A DNA stretch of 59,832 nt, counting the filler. It is 7 parts of 7 records of this genome, joined end to end, with 100 filler letters (N's around TTAATTAATTAA, not from the genome) between each part and the next. Parts side by side here need not be neighbours in the genome. Positions count along the whole stretch, not along the records: positions 1 to 7,510 come from SRR2962707_3292; positions 7,611 to 16,600 come from SRR2962707_3295; 5 more parts are not named here. One strand, 5' to 3'. Positions 1-10,292 of this stretch are shown here, one piece after another. Position 1 is the stretch's first letter, and the number at the start of each line of letters is the position of its first letter. A model generated the notes under the pieces. The model was not told where the DNA came from. It saw only the letters and a list, made by a program, of their open reading frames with translations, and ran no database searches. A program made the position numbers and the translations under genes.

Positions 1-5
1 AAATT

Positions 6-28
6 ATACAATACAATACAATACAATA
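6..28. repeat. (ATACA)n microsatellite
   Basis: Four full ATACA units plus a partial unit at the contig start. Confidence 0.9.
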
Positions 29-300
29 AACCATTGGACGTCGTGCAAAGCCAACTGCGCGCACGCACGCACAGTGCGCCCAAACCACTCGCAGACACAA
101 AATTTCACTGTTGGACGAGGTGGGTGGCCGCCGTTGGCGTTGCAACATGCAGTGAAGGCGACACACGAGAGCTGAAAGTTAGCGCCGAGAGCAACGGAAC
201 CGTTTTCCTTCTGGCTGTTGGCAGCCGCACAGTTAGTTGATACAGCCATGCACCGGTACGTCTGGATTGCAGACGGGGTGGCGATTGCCGGCCTGCGCTG

Positions 301-322
301 CCTGCCTGCCTGCCTGCCTGCC
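301..322. repeat. (CCTG)5 microsatellite
   Basis: cctgcctgcctgcctgcctgcc seen directly. Confidence 0.9.
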
Positions 323-724
323 CCGGGAGTACGAACGACACCACCCTTCCGCTACTCCGGGAAGCAACAGCACTTCACACTCGCGTCTGCTCGTCCTCCT
401 CCCCCTGTCCCCATTTTGCTGCCATCACTCACGGGCCGATGAGCTGAGCAAAAGTGGGTGAATGGCCGCGGATCATCGATTGCACCCTCTTCACCTTGTG
501 TTCCAGGGAATCTTTGACTAAGTGACCTCACTTGTCGCCCGTTTCAAGGCATGTCGCTGCCAAACAAAGCGGTTTTCGAAAAAAATCAAACCGGATTTTC
601 CATTCATCGCCGCCCATTAGTCCCTGCTGATAGTGCACACTCGGAACGGTCCGCGAGAACGAACAAGAACACAAGAGCGGCAGCAATACGAACGGCAGTA
701 TCGTGTCCATACACACCGAAGAGC

Positions 725-3700
725 ATGATCGCCAGCAGTCTCCCAGCGTTGGTTCAAATTGCTTCTGTTCTTTTTGCTCTGGCTGTGGTTGCGCAACCAC
801 CACCCATCACGCTTCAGGGCACTACCCAGAGCAGCGCAACAACGGAGAATACTCCGTGCGTTTTCACTGTCGACTTTGGCGATGGAGGAAGTGCGGTCGT
901 GTCAGTCATTTCGGACAACGGTTTTGCTACCGTTACTGTATCCGCTGCCAACCACCAAGGCTGGCTCGGCATGAGCTTGAGTAGCAATGGTCTGATGGTT
1001 GGGTCAACCGCCATTGTCGTGCATTCTGCAGACGAAGACCCAGACACTGCCACTGTGGACCCATTCTATCTGGCAACCCAACTTGTGAGTGGTATTCAAA
1101 AACTTAACTCGACAGAAGCTGCCGCTTATGGTGTGGACGTTGTCGCGTGGTCAACGTCTATCGATGCTGAAGAAAAATCGACGTCTTTCTCGTTCACCAT
1201 CGCAGCGGACAGCCTCAACGATGCTCCATTTTTTATGGTCGCAGGTTCACCAGCCTCGTTCGGCCTGGTTGGCCATGGAGTCACTAACGGAGTGGTCGTG
1301 GCACCTTCAGGGTCTTGGGTTGGCGCCTGCTACTCGGCAAGGTTCGAAGCATTGTCCCCGGTTTCTTGCGACATCAAGGACGAAGACAAAACCTGTCTCG
1401 CCTGCGGGTTTTGCTCCTACAAACCCACGCTGGGACCAGCTGACTTCTCGCATTATCCCGTTTCAAAAGGTCTGTACTTTCCCAACCAATTAGCCGTGAC
1501 GTTGAAGTACCAGATTTCGTGGATAATATACCCTCCGAAGCGAGGCTCGTCGCTCACCGAGGATGGCGAAACTCCATTCGCGCACTTTCTTGTTCAAGCC
1601 GAAACAGATGGTTGGTTGGGGTTCGGGATCGTGCAAGCATCATCTGGAAGCACGGTGGGCATGGAGGGCACAGATGTGTACTGGGGCGGTTTCAACGCCG
1701 ACGACGACCTGGTGTTTGTCGATGGTTTTGCAAAGACGGTCCGCATGCCTCCGTCAGACTTGGAATGGGGTGGCACTTCCGACATCTTTGGCGTTGCTGG
1801 GGGACGCCACAATGGTGTGACTTCTGTGGAGTTCAAGCGTTACCTGTCCACAAGTGACTTCGCAGACGTGTCAATCGAACCGTCTCAAAACATGCAGTGC
1901 GTGTGGGCGCACTCGGCGGTGGCCGACACTGAACTTACTGCTTACCATCGCTACAACCGAGGGTTTGTCGAAGTGCGATTTTACGACGCAGAGTGCCACA
2001 TTGGCGAGTATGTCGACGGAAGTGTGTGCGTCCCATGTTTGCTGGGACACTACTGCCCCGACCGTGAACATATGTTCCCATGTGAACCCGGTTCCTTTGG
2101 CAACATGCCGGGGTTGGTCGATTGCATCAGCTGCGACAATAGTCCTTTTATGGGCTACTCCAACTCGAGTGGTGCTGTCACTTGCACTGAATGCCCTGCG
2201 AACACTGAGCGCACCTTGACCTCGAGTCTTTGGTCCGGGTCGCGTCGAGAGGAGTGCGTATGCAAGTTCGGGTTTTACTCCCCCAACGGCAATCCTGGAG
2301 AAGGCTGCCTGCCGTGTCCTGTCGGTGGCTACTGTGTTGGCTCAACGGAACCACCAAAGGCGCAACCTGGGTATTGGGGAATTGCCATGTTTTCAAACAA
2401 ATTCGTCGAGTGCCAGTTCATTGAAAATGGTGCTTGCTCTTTAAGCACCAACACTACAGTCGATGCATGGTTTGAACAACTTGGCACGGACGGTGACAAC
2501 GTACTTAGCACTTTCGAGGCATTGCCCTTGCCTACGCGCATTCCAGCACTGCGGGAGCTGGCAAATCAGACCAATTTTGAAAATATGACGAAGCGACGTT
2601 TCCTCAGTGTCCTTGCGGTTCCCGCAACAAGCTCCGACTCTTACGTTCCGTTCAATCCTGACACTGGAGACAGCATGTGCAGCCCAGGCTACGGAGGGGA
2701 GATGTGCTCCACTTGCGAGGATGGGTACTTTCGTTTCGAAATTCGGTGCTACGAATGTCCAGAGCATTCCGGCTCGGCAATGGTGTTCGGACTAATTGCA
2801 GTTTTGGTCGTCTGGGTCGTCGTGGCTCGAGTTGGCATGTGGTTTGAAAGCAATTCACTGGACTTGTTGATGCTTTTTATGCAGTGCCTAAACCTTGTGC
2901 TTGGGTTTAGCCTTCACTGGCATTCGTGGATTACGCCTTTGCGGCCGGTATTCTCACTTGTGTCTTTCGACATGGCGATTTTGAACCCCACATGCATCAT
3001 GCCGTGGACTTACCATTGGTCGTTGCTGCTGCAAATGGGCTTGCCAGTGGTCCTCATCAGCTGGTGCAGCCTACGCTTGGCAATGTCCAAGTGCCTGATT
3101 CAACGAGGGTATGCTGGGAAATACGTTTGTTGTGGAGTTTGGTTTGCCGTGCCGAGCAATTTGACAAAGGCCAAGAACAAACAGATTTCGTTTGTGACGT
3201 CGTTTCTTTTCATCGTCTACTCGGAGCTTGTTGCCAAGAGTTTGGCACCATTTCAACTGGTGAACCTGCCAGACGGGCGCCGCGTGATGGAGGCCGCCCC
3301 TTTCGTTGAGGCGTGGAGCGAAGAACATTGGTTATTGCAGGCAGGTCCTGGTTTGCTGGGAATTGTGTTCTATGTGATTGGGATTCCACTGGCTGCGGTC
3401 ATCAAACTCATGCATTTGAAGGCTCAGCACTTATTGGCGGAGGACGACATCATTGAACGGTTTCATTGGCTGTACGGCAAATACAAGCTCGACGCGTATT
3501 TATGGGAAATTTTGATCTTGGTTCGACGGATGCTGCTGTGTGTGTTTCTCGAAGCGCTGCGAGGTTGGCCCTTCACACAGGGCATCATGACAGTGCTGGT
3601 GTTGCTGGCACTGCTGGTTGCACAAATGAAGACGCTTCCTTTTCGACGCACGTTCCACAACCTTCTTGACACTGCATACATCGGAATTTTGATATTTGTC

Positions 3701-6170
3701 GCTTTTGCTGGACTTATGCTGCAAGGTGGTTGTGAGTTTCCCGATTCGCTGGCGTTTTTCGTGGTTGCAGCCATCGTTACGAGTAGTGTTGCGGCAGTCG
3801 GGCAAGCTGTATCCGAAACCATATTTACGTTTCGAAAGCGGATTGGTACCAGGCGCTTGCGGCTGCCCACGAAGATCACCAAGATTTACGCCTGCGCCTT
3901 GAACAAGCGCTTTATGACGCTCTCTGTGAATTCCCTTGCTCAATTGAGCAGGCGGGGGCTGCCAACGAACTCACAGTCGCGGTCCATTGATTCCACAGCA
4001 CGAAGTAGGGCGCCAGGCAACCACACCATCGGACAAAAGCGAAGGCAGTCCGTTTACTCATTTCCAGTGGACAAGAACGCGGGGCAGACAAAGCTCCCGA
4101 AAGACACGCCGTTTTCGCTGCTCGCATTGCAGGCGCTGCTCAAGGAAATTGCCAGGAAGGCTTGGAAAGATGTTTTGGAACAAACAAAGTCCGACTCGAA
4201 AATTTCCAAGGCGATTTCGGGATACAAGGCAAGTCCGATGATCGTTGCTGCTTCGCTGTGGGTAGTCGTCCTGGGCACTTTGCGCTCTGGTTGGGGCAAA
4301 TGGTTTTTATTAACAATGACAAAAAAGATATTTTGCACACGTCAATCACCAACAGGTTCAGTTGCAATCAATTTCAACCGTCACAAAGCGACGATACTGG
4401 AGAATGCATTCAACTCAAAATGATGACGACGGCGAAGAAGTCAACTCGACGTCGGCTGCCAGCGATGATGATGATCATGTACTCGATGATGAGTGTGAGG
4501 TTCGTTGTTCGGCTCACACACCATTAGTCGCGAACAAACACAGCCACTTTAAGGTTGTGACTAATTGTGCTGCGCTCGTTCTTTGCGCGTCGTGCTGTGA
4601 CGTCAGGATGAGCACAACGCAGAAGGTACAAGGCGTTTGGTACCTGTGTGATGTTTTTCAATACTGCCGTCACTAGTTGTGCATTGTTCGCTCTTGCTGA
4701 CCGTTTTTGTCGTGTGCTTGTATCCGTTCAGGATGTGAATGTAACGAAGCGCTCCTCCAAAGCGTACTCACAGCCACACAAGTCCGCGTGGCTTTGCTGT
4801 GGGCGGGTGAAACATTTGACGAAGACCGCAAAGTTAAGCGGGAAGCTGCCCGACAGATGCGTGTTCGCTTTGGAATTCCTGAAGTCAGCTGCTTGTCAAA
4901 CAATCCAAACGAGAATATTGCCGCAGAAAGACGAAAGGCAACAGTATCGGCAACGAAGGTGGTGAAATTCATGCGCCGGTTGGGCAAGGCACAGATTGAA
5001 AAAGATCTCATCGCTTGTTTGAAAGAACATCCATGGGAGCACAAGCACTTCCACCAGTTTCTGACGGTGAACTGTGCGAGTGACGAAGTCAACATCGAGG
5101 CATGTATGGTTGCAGGCGTCCTTTTGACTCAATGCAATAGTGCACGAATGAAGTCAAACAAATTGTTACCACCTGCGTTAATAATATCGATGCGTCATGT
5201 GCACTTTGTCGTGTGTTCGCCCAGGCTATGTCCACCTTCTACCGGCTTCAGGAATGGATGGCTGAGTATATGGCAGATACATCAGACACATCAACCTTCA
5301 GTGATACCCCAAACGCAGAGTTTTATCGAAAACTTGCGAAGTTCCAGCCAGAACTGGCTGACTGGATGATTCAAGTCCGTAGCGCCTCACTTCACATGTT
5401 CGCTGCACGTCTGGAATTAGTGGTGTTGCTGCTGGTGCTACTATACCTCGGTTGCGCCCACTGTATCATCTGCAGCCGAAAAAAAATGTTGTCGTTGCTG
5501 TTGCCAGGCCTCACCGGACCTGTTCGCAAAGTTCCGAGAGGTATTTAACGATCTTGAACTTTTTTCAGAACACTGGCACGAACTAAATGCAGGACGCGAT
5601 GGCTTGCGTATTTTCGCAACTGCCCCTGATGGTAGTCCCCTCGAAGCTCCACTTGTGCAGCTTCACCCGCTCAGGAGGCCGTTTGCCCGTGTGAAGGCCA
5701 GAAACAAGCTGGCCACCAACCTCATAAATCCTGACTTTCAGGCATCGGTGCTGCACTGGCTACTTTTCGATGAACATGAAGAGCGCAGAGAGGAGCTGTC
5801 AAAATTCTTGACGCTGCTTCACCGCTCGAAACGAAACGCAAAAACAGCGCTCAGACTTCGTTTGCGTTCCAGGATGGAAAAAGCCAAGTCTTTTTTTTCC
5901 AAACTGGTTTCGTCGCGTGCTAAAAACCACATGGGAAACATTGCCAAAGTTTCGCCGGAGCAGGCTCCTTTGGCAAAAACGGCAATCAACAAAGTAGATC
6001 CAGTTCTTCCAGCTTCTATGCCGGTGTCGGTACCTGCCAACCGGGCACGTGCGGAAGCAGCGAACAACAATGCAGCCCCCCCCACGACAACTGAAAGTAT
6101 CCAGCGATCAGACTCAATGCATGTCGATGATCTTGATGACGACGACCAAGTGGCTGCTTCTGACATGTAA
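725..6170 (+). CDS. Eukaryotic multi-exon membrane protein: signal peptide, two DOMON domains, Cys-rich (ephrin-receptor-like/GCC) repeats, multi-TM region, cytoplasmic tail
   Basis: Signal peptide MIASSLPALVQIASVLFALAVVA. DOMON-like motifs GWLGMSLSSNGLMVGS and GWLGFGI..GMEGTDVYWG..AYHRYNRG. CxPCPxGxYC repeats. TM region includes LYGKYKLDAYLWEILIL. Phase-consistent exon model: 725-4228, 4356-4499, 4607-4625, 4732-5099, 5225-5374, 5508-6170. The ORF is open from 551, so the start is inferred. Confidence 0.75.
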
Positions 6171-6390
6171 TAACATTCAGCTACTCGCACTGAGCAACCC
6201 CCACGGACATGTAGTGCCTGTCGAGGGATACACACCTATCAGTAAGCTCCATTTTAAGGTTGGTCGGGGCACCAACAATGCACCAGCAAGGCAGAGCTCG
6301 CGTACGACCCCACAACTCGAGGCGACCAGTGTGCAACCCTGCCACAGTCGTTGTGGCTGTTGACACTCTGCAGCAATCCGTGAGCAGTTG

Positions 6391-6492
6391 TACATGTATT
6401 GTCAAGTAACGTACATACACATACAATATTACATACATGACATACAACATACATAAAACATGCATTACATACATACCGGTACATACATCATG
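6391..6492. repeat. ACAT/TACA-rich low-complexity tract
   Basis: Many imperfect acat/taca units downstream of the DOMON gene. Confidence 0.8.
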
Positions 6493-6925
6493 TTAATTAA
6501 AATCCCGAGGTCGTCACTGACGCTGCGTCCACAATCATCGCGTCGTTGCAATAAACTGCGCACCCCCTCCATCAACTGGGCACCCGTCGGCTTCTCACAC
6601 ATGGTGGACAACAACGCACTGCGCGAGTCACCCAAGTTGCTCGCGATGGGTGCACGCTGGTGACCCACGGAAGCCTACAACGATCCGAGATCTCGTTTCG
6701 TCTCCAAGACGTCAACGTACTGGTCTACATTCCTGAACAGCTGTTCAATAATAGCCTGTTGCTCGATTGATTCCTCCTAGAACTAAATCACGTCACCCTC
6801 TTCAGCGTTGGTGTCTTCCAGCTGGTCCACACAAGCCAGCACAGTGTCCACAACGCACGCAGATCGCAAACCTCACCATCCAACACAGTCGGACACAATA
6901 AACTGACACACCAACGCAAGAAGCC
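6465..6925 (-). pseudogene. Possible decayed coding remnant of unknown product
   Basis: One frame reads as helical protein (VVDTVLACVDQLEDTNAEEGDVI*F*EESIEQQAIIEQLFRNVDQYVDVLETKRDLGSL*ASVG...) with TAG at 6783, 6777, 6675 and TGA at 6873. Confidence 0.35.
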
Positions 6926-7225
6926 GAGAAAGCAAACAAAGCTAGTGCCTCTGTGGAGAGTGGGCATAGTGCTCGTTGCGGAAACGGCGGAGGGGGGGAA
7001 ACGAGGGAAACTGCGTGGGCTTGGGGCGAGCGAGGGCAGGTTGGAGTAGGGGAAGAAAAGGATCGTTTTTTGTGGGTTTTTGAGGTTTTCTCGATTGAGA
7101 GGGTACGAGTCGGCCTTGCCGCTCCGCGACAGGAGCGAGAAACTGCCTTAATTCGTAGGTTACTTATTCTCCTATCCCAAGTGGCCAGTGTGGGAGTGTG
7201 TAGGACGGGCACAGGTTGGCGATCG

Positions 7226-7510
7226 ATGGCAATGAGGAAGGTCAACGACTCAAGCTCCTAGGGCCCGAGGATACGCAGATGATGTACGGTTGCACGGCGA
7301 TGCAGAGATTCTTCTTCGACACCAGGACAACATTCACGGCATCATCCACACAACGACGGGCAAGAAGCTTCAACCCAGGAAGTCGGTTCGCCTGTTGGCG
7401 AGGGAAAGATTGGCAGACGACCCAGTGCACGCAACGGCGGCTCAAATGGGTGTACAGGTGTATGTAAACGGGTCACGGGCGTCCCTGTTGGAACGGACGC
7501 GTTTGTTGAG
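7226..7510 (+). mobile_element. Frameshifted non-LTR retrotransposon reverse transcriptase fragment (CRE-clade-like)
   Basis: GYADDVRLHG at 7269-7298, then GKKLQPRKS. After a frameshift, TGVPVGTDAFVE at 7475-7510. Spacing matches RT domains 5-7. Cut by the contig end. Confidence 0.7.
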
Positions 7511-7610
7511 NNNNNNNNNNNNNNNNNNNNNNNNNNNNNNNNNNNNNNNNNNNNTTAATTAATTAANNNNNNNNNNNNNNNNNNNNNNNNNNNNNNNNNN
7601 NNNNNNNNNN
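7511..7610. other. Artificial contig linker
   Basis: N-run, TTAATTAATTAA (stops in six frames), N-run; 100 nt. Confidence 0.99.
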
Positions 7611-7642
<32 letters not shown>

Positions 7643-7731
7643 TTCTCAGCAGAGATTTATCGCCGGGTAACCGGGCTTAGGCCCGCGGAATGATCATCGC
7701 GAGACACGAAGCGTCCATCGCAGCACCGTCC

Positions 7732-8253
7732 CTAAAGATCATCATCCTCAAGCTGTCGCGGCAGGACATGATCCAGCAGCCGTCCTTGTCCGGGTTTCAG
7801 GCCGTCGCTGAAATTCGTCACATAAAAGCGCATCAGCGCACCGGTTTTCATGTACCAGTTACCGCCCGGATGTGCCGGCGGGGTATCGGCGAGGTTCAAC
7901 ACCCATTCCTCCATCCACGGATTGTGGCCGACCACCAGCAGCCGTTTGCCGGCCCCGTCACAAGCCGCGACAGCCGCCGTCAGATGCGCATCGGTATCGA
8001 AATACAGCCGCTTATCGAGACGGATCGTCTCCGGATCGAGCCCTGCCTGCACGAGGGTATGCCGGGCCGTGTCGTGAGCCCGTTTGGCGGTTGAGCTGAG
8101 CACCACATCCGGCAGTGCATCATTGTCTTTGAGCCAGGCGCCGATCTTGCACGCCTGGCGAATACCGCGCGGCTTCAACGGCCGGTCGATATCCGATACG
8201 CCCGCCGGATTGGCCGCCTTGCCATGGCGCAGAAACAGGATCTCATTTTTCAT
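7732..8253 (-). CDS. sixA: Phosphohistidine phosphatase SixA family
   Basis: LRHGKA, DRPLKPRG, SSTAKRA and VGHNP motifs. Confidence 0.9.
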   Translation of the reverse strand: MKNEILFLRHGKAANPAGVSDIDRPLKPRGIRQACKIGAWLKDNDALPDVVLSSTAKRAHDTARHTLVQAGLDPETIRLDKRLYFDTDAHLTAAVAACDGAGKRLLVVGHNPWMEEWVLNLADTPPAHPGGNWYMKTGALMRFYVTNFSDGLKPGQGRLLDHVLPRQLEDDDL

Positions 8254-8375
8254 GGGCAGACATGAACACAGCATTCCGCCCAGTTCAATCCCGTGCTTGG
8301 GACAGAGAGACACCTAGACCAAAACAGGACACCGGGTGAAGGGTCGAGCATTTACGATATGATGGTTTCAACGCA

Positions 8376-8405
8376 CCGCCGGTCCCGTGAATTCGGAACC
8401 GGCGG
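8376..8405 (-). terminator. GC-rich hairpin downstream of the small ORF and upstream of sixA (no clear U-tract)
   Basis: ccgccggt-c-ccg-tgaatt-cgg-a-accggcgg. Confidence 0.5.
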
Positions 8406-8418
8406 CACGGATAGCCGG

Positions 8419-8502
8419 TTAACGGCGGCGCGGCGCTTCAGGTTTCGGCGCCAGTATGGGCCGCAAGACGAAAAGGCGCGCCAACAACAGATGGCTAAGC
8501 AT
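8419..8502 (-). CDS. Putative 27-aa small protein MLSHLLLARLFVLRPILAPKPEAPRRR
   Basis: ATG with AAGGAG 8 nt upstream (ctcctt at 8511-8516), TAA stop, then a hairpin. Below the ORF-track length cutoff. Confidence 0.55.
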   Translation of the reverse strand: MLSHLLLARLFVLRPILAPKPEAPRRR

Positions 8503-8556
8503 GGTTCTGTCTCCTTACACGGTTTCTGGCAAATGCCGGATGGCACTTGTGAAAAC

Positions 8557-8591
8557 CGCACTATGTGCATATACTATGCGCACAAAGTGCG
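8557..8591. promoter_or_regulatory. Inverted repeat in divergent promoter region (candidate operator)
   Basis: cgcact-a-tgtgc-N11-gcaca-a-agtgcg; 11 of 12 bp paired. Confidence 0.45.
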
Positions 8592-8675
8592 TAGTGCAAG
8601 TAAAAACACGGAATCCAACAAAAACGGCCAGAATCTGGCGTTAAAAGCCACATTTTCGGGGGAAATCAGCCACAA

Positions 8676-10292
8676 ATGACGTCCACGCCGTCAAACTGGG
8701 AGCTTGAGCTCAAATTCAAGGCCGGGCCGCGCGATCTGCAACGCTTCAAGAAAGCGGTCAATGCAGCTGCCGGCAACCGCCGCCCATGGCCGGTGAAAAC
8801 CATGATCAGCCGTTATTTCGACACCCCCGATCAGCGTCTGCAGAAACGCGGGGTCGCGGTCCGTCTCCGCGAAAGCGGCGACAAGATCATTCAGACCGTC
8901 AAAGCGAAAAAGGACGGTGCCGGAGGCGGTTTGATGGACCGGCACGAATGGGAATTTCCCGTCGAGAGCAATGCCCTTGATCTGGACAGCCTGCCCATCG
9001 AAGCCCGGCGCGCCATGGGCGCCATTCTTGAGGGCGAACTGGGCCCGGTCATGGAAGTTCACATCGAACGACAGGTGATGATGATCCGCCGCGACAATCC
9101 GCTGGGCCCGGATCTGGTCATCGAGGCCGTGGCCGACAAAGGCCGGGCCGTCGCCGGCGACAAAAGCGAGAGCTTTTACGAATGCGAGATGGAACTGATT
9201 GAAGGTGACGTCAACGCGTTCTTCCATGTCATCTCGGAAATTCATACCGCCTGCCCGCTGGCATTGTCGAGCCTGACCAAGGCCGCGCGGGGTTACCGGC
9301 TGCTTGCGGGAGAAGGCCCGTCATCGAAGCGTCTGGCGAAATTCCAGCTGCGTCCCGAACAGAGCATTCATCAGGCCCTGGCGGACATCTATCCTGCCTG
9401 CATCGCCAACATGATCGACAATGAAGAAGCCTGTCTGGACGGCACAGACCCCGAGGGTGTGCACCAGATGCGGGTTTCCGTGCGCCGCCTCAGGACATCG
9501 CTCAAGGTGTTCGGCGCCGTCATGGACCCGGCGCGGGTGTCGTGGATGGCCGATGATCTGAAATGGCTCGGCGGCAAGCTGGGCCCGGCCCGGGACTGGG
9601 ACGTGTACATCACCGAAATGGTGGCGCAGGTTTCGGGCTATGGCGTCAACGATGCCGCTATGCAGACCCTGATTGCGGCCGCAGAAGAAAAGCGCGCCCG
9701 CGCCTATGACACGGTCCGCAGAACCCTGCGGTCGGCTCGTTATGCCAAACTGATGTTCCGTCTGACGGCGTTTGTCGCCGTCGAAGGCTGGCTCGCCATG
9801 CCATTGGATACATCGGACCCCCTGTTGAAACCGCTCGAGGAATCAGCCGGGGATATCCTCGCCAGACCACACCGCAAGCTGATCAAGCAGGCCAGGGGTC
9901 TGGCGGAACAGGATATGGAAGCCCGCCATGAAGTCCGTATCCGCCTCAAGAAACTGCGCTATGCTGTCGATTTTCTGCGTGGCGTCTATCCCGGCGCACA
10001 GACCCGGAAATACATCAAATCCCTGCAGGTCCTCCAGGATCAGTTCGGGCATTTGAATGATGTCGCACAAGCCCTGAAGATGACAGGTGAGTTGATGAGC
10101 ACCGGCAAGACCGATGCCGAGACCGCCATGCTCAGGCTCGCCGGCGGCATTGTTCAGGGCTGGTATGCCCGGGCGCTGCATGAAACCGAACCGGCCCTGA
10201 TCAAAGACTGGAAGGCCTTCAGCGCCGTCCCGCCCTTCTGGCGCACACCCGGCGGAGAATCCAAGGCCGGTCATGACAAGATTAAGGAATGA
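8676..10292 (+). CDS. CYTH + CHAD domain protein (inorganic triphosphatase YgiF-like, polyP-binding)
   Basis: ELELK (ExExK) CYTH motif. CHAD motifs VHQMRVSVRRLR, LGPARDWDV, RHEVRIRLKKLRY, LQDQFGHLND. Confidence 0.92.
   Translation: MTSTPSNWELELKFKAGPRDLQRFKKAVNAAAGNRRPWPVKTMISRYFDTPDQRLQKRGVAVRLRESGDKIIQTVKAKKDGAGGGLMDRHEWEFPVESNALDLDSLPIEARRAMGAILEGELGPVMEVHIERQVMMIRRDNPLGPDLVIEAVADKGRAVAGDKSESFYECEMELIEGDVNAFFHVISEIHTACPLALSSLTKAARGYRLLAGEGPSSKRLAKFQLRPEQSIHQALADIYPACIANMIDNEEACLDGTDPEGVHQMRVSVRRLRTSLKVFGAVMDPARVSWMADDLKWLGGKLGPARDWDVYITEMVAQVSGYGVNDAAMQTLIAAAEEKRARAYDTVRRTLRSARYAKLMFRLTAFVAVEGWLAMPLDTSDPLLKPLEESAGDILARPHRKLIKQARGLAEQDMEARHEVRIRLKKLRYAVDFLRGVYPGAQTRKYIKSLQVLQDQFGHLNDVAQALKMTGELMSTGKTDAETAMLRLAGGIVQGWYARALHETEPALIKDWKAFSAVPPFWRTPGGESKAGHDKIKE

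Noticed and set aside
6493-6500. TTAATTAA resembling the linker
   Set aside because: Only 8 nt with no flanking Ns; a natural AT-rich word
551-6925. TAG reassignment in the eukaryote
   Set aside because: The 1290-codon ORF contains no TAG, and the eukaryotic genes end in TAA, TAG and TGA. In-frame stops elsewhere are explained by introns or decay.
6985-7055. G-rich tract as a G-quadruplex or telomeric repeat
   Set aside because: G-runs are irregular with no fixed unit, and no function can be supported from sequence alone
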